From positions 992,001-1,056,000 of the forward strand of contig NC_087253.1 of the NCBI RefSeq assembly GCF_037042905.1: 64,000 bases of DNA, in the 5' to 3' direction. Position 1 is the stretch's first letter, and each line of letters starts with the position of its first letter. Source of the DNA: Lytechinus pictus. Its lineage: Eukaryota. Below the pieces are notes generated by a model. That model was not told the origin of the DNA, searched no databases, and was given only the letters and a program-made list of their open reading frames with translations. The position numbers and the translations under genes are program-made. Shown in pieces: positions 62,193 through 64,000 of this stretch.

Positions 62193-64000
62193 TTAATGTG
62201 ATATGTGGTGACACGACATCTCCTCCTACGACATTTGCTCCGGTCTTAATATCTCAGAAGGCATACATGTAGGATTAGAATTAGGATTGTAATAGAGTTT
62301 TAGGTTCAGAATATTGTCATGATTACGATTAGGGTTTATTTAGTTTTGGAGGTTAGGTTTTATGTTCCGCTTGTAGATTTTCCATCAGAGCAAATTACAT
62401 GGAAACATGATACATATTGCTGTACAAGTTACATAAAGCTTAGCGATTGATTGTGGGAGTGATTTCTAAGATCAATTAAATTGATTATTGTATGATCAAT
62501 CTTATTTCATTTCCATAATCAATGTATGCTAGCTATATTTAATAGGGCCCTGCTTGTTTTATGTAGGAAACATCGTTTCTGTCAGTCAGTGAGGCAAAGA
62601 TCTGAGAACTTCTGAAATAAAGTGATGTTGCCAATTTTAAGAACAAATGCTGATCAATACCTTTACATAAATTCCAACACGAATGTGTTCTAGTCTGATG
62701 GGAGTAATGGCATGATCTGATTGTTGTGTGCAGGAAATATTGTTTCTGTCAGTCAGTGAGGCAAAGATCCGAGAACTTTCCTATCATGAAACCTTCAGGA
62801 AACAATTGGGTTGGGCAAACCTCCGATACTCACATCCGCTCTTTATTCATTCATCTTTTATCTACATGTAGTTCGGACTTTCACTTTGGTTCTTTGCAAT
62901 CAGATGAAGTGCACTCACAATGGCTATAGCTCTATCCTAATTTTGGTATGAGCTTAAAAAATGATTAATTATAAAGTATTATTTACAAAGCCATAGTTGG
63001 TTGTTCGACCGGGGAAATAACTCTTGCTTGTATACAGATGTCAATGGCTTAACCAACGAACGTAGAGGGCAGCAACACACGGCAGCGTTGCTTTTAGGAA
63101 GGTCCACTTCGCTCAGATTTTGTGACCATTTTCTCCCAGAGCACTTTTTTGGAAGATTGTAGAGTTGATTTTTTTGGGGGGGTTCAATTTCACTATTTTT
63201 GATGGATAATGAAACCTCCAAGAAAATATGTTGAATAATATTATTTTAGTATATGTGTATTAAAAAAAAAAATGTAAGACAAAAGATTATCATGATTCTT
63301 GTAGTTTACATATCAATAAAAATAAAATACATAGACTGATGACATTTCTGTTACCGTTTTTCTGCTTAATTTCGCTGCCCCTACCAAATCTACACAAGCT
63401 AACGCCAGAGCCAAGACCGTGATGTTCTGGTCTGGCCGCGCCAAAACTTCCCCGGTCACCTCGGTGCGCGTACTGCGCTGCGCGAATTATATGCTGGCCG
63501 CATTCGCACTGCACTGGCAGGATAATCTTGACGCAACTCGTCTTAGCTAGACCAAAGATATAGACTTGGTCTGTTATTGATGTGGCACTATGGGGGATGA
63601 GCAACGATAAAGATTTAAGGTTAGAATTTTAATTTTCACTTACAGTGTAGATTGTAGTCTAAAAATCTAAAATAATTATGCTATATCCACAAATCCAACC
63701 CACATTTTGCAATACATCAGGCAGGATCGAATACGGCCACTAAACTAGCAAAGCCAAATCCTAGTCTAACGTAGGTTAGACCTAAATATTAGAAAGAAAT
63801 TATCTGGTTCAGTATCGAGCTATGTATATTCCGAAGGGTCTTGACTTGAGAACTATCAAGGGGCGAGGGTCTATGTCACATCTACTATTTTCATTCTATA
63901 ATTTTACAAAAATTTTTGTTAGCATATGCATGCAGCCAATCGTACCCTACCTCAGCACCGACCGGCCCGGGGCGCCGGCGCGGTATGCCAGCCATGGCGA

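Larger units (their letters stand above)
59545..62205 (+). mobile_element. tRNA-SINE split into three pieces by nested DNA transposons
   Basis: Pieces 59545-59771, 60248-60267 and 62193-62205 rejoin to ..ggaagcacatagagacat..tcataatgtgatatg, matching the SINE tail at 41921-41962. Confidence 0.85.

Overview
AT-rich, intron-rich eukaryotic DNA. The repeat content suggests a marine deuterostome, probably a sea urchin; this is an inference. Most of the window holds the 5' part of a minus-strand liprin-beta (PPFIBP1/2-like) gene. I resolved 16 phase-consistent coding exons from the ATG at 56426 down to 2689 (about 722 codons: N-terminal motif, coiled coil and disordered linker). The SAM-domain exons should lie beyond the window start. 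The introns hold many non-autonomous DNA transposons (Harbinger-, hAT-, P-, Academ-, CACTA-, Kolobok/TTAA-, Tc1/mariner- and Helentron-like, often nested), tRNA-derived SINEs and one decayed L2/CR1-group LINE. The most striking unexplained signal is a large excess of TA-[CATG|CCGG|GGCC|CTG]-TA words. Internal comparisons show these are small insertions at TA sites, matching Tc1/mariner excision footprints. Splicing features also deserve a second look: three 63-nt heptad-sized exons, a repeat-bearing 663-nt exon flanked by UGCAUG, a ~460-nt AG-exclusion zone, candidate alternative first exons and a candidate 10-nt microexon. All coordinates and counts were read by eye.
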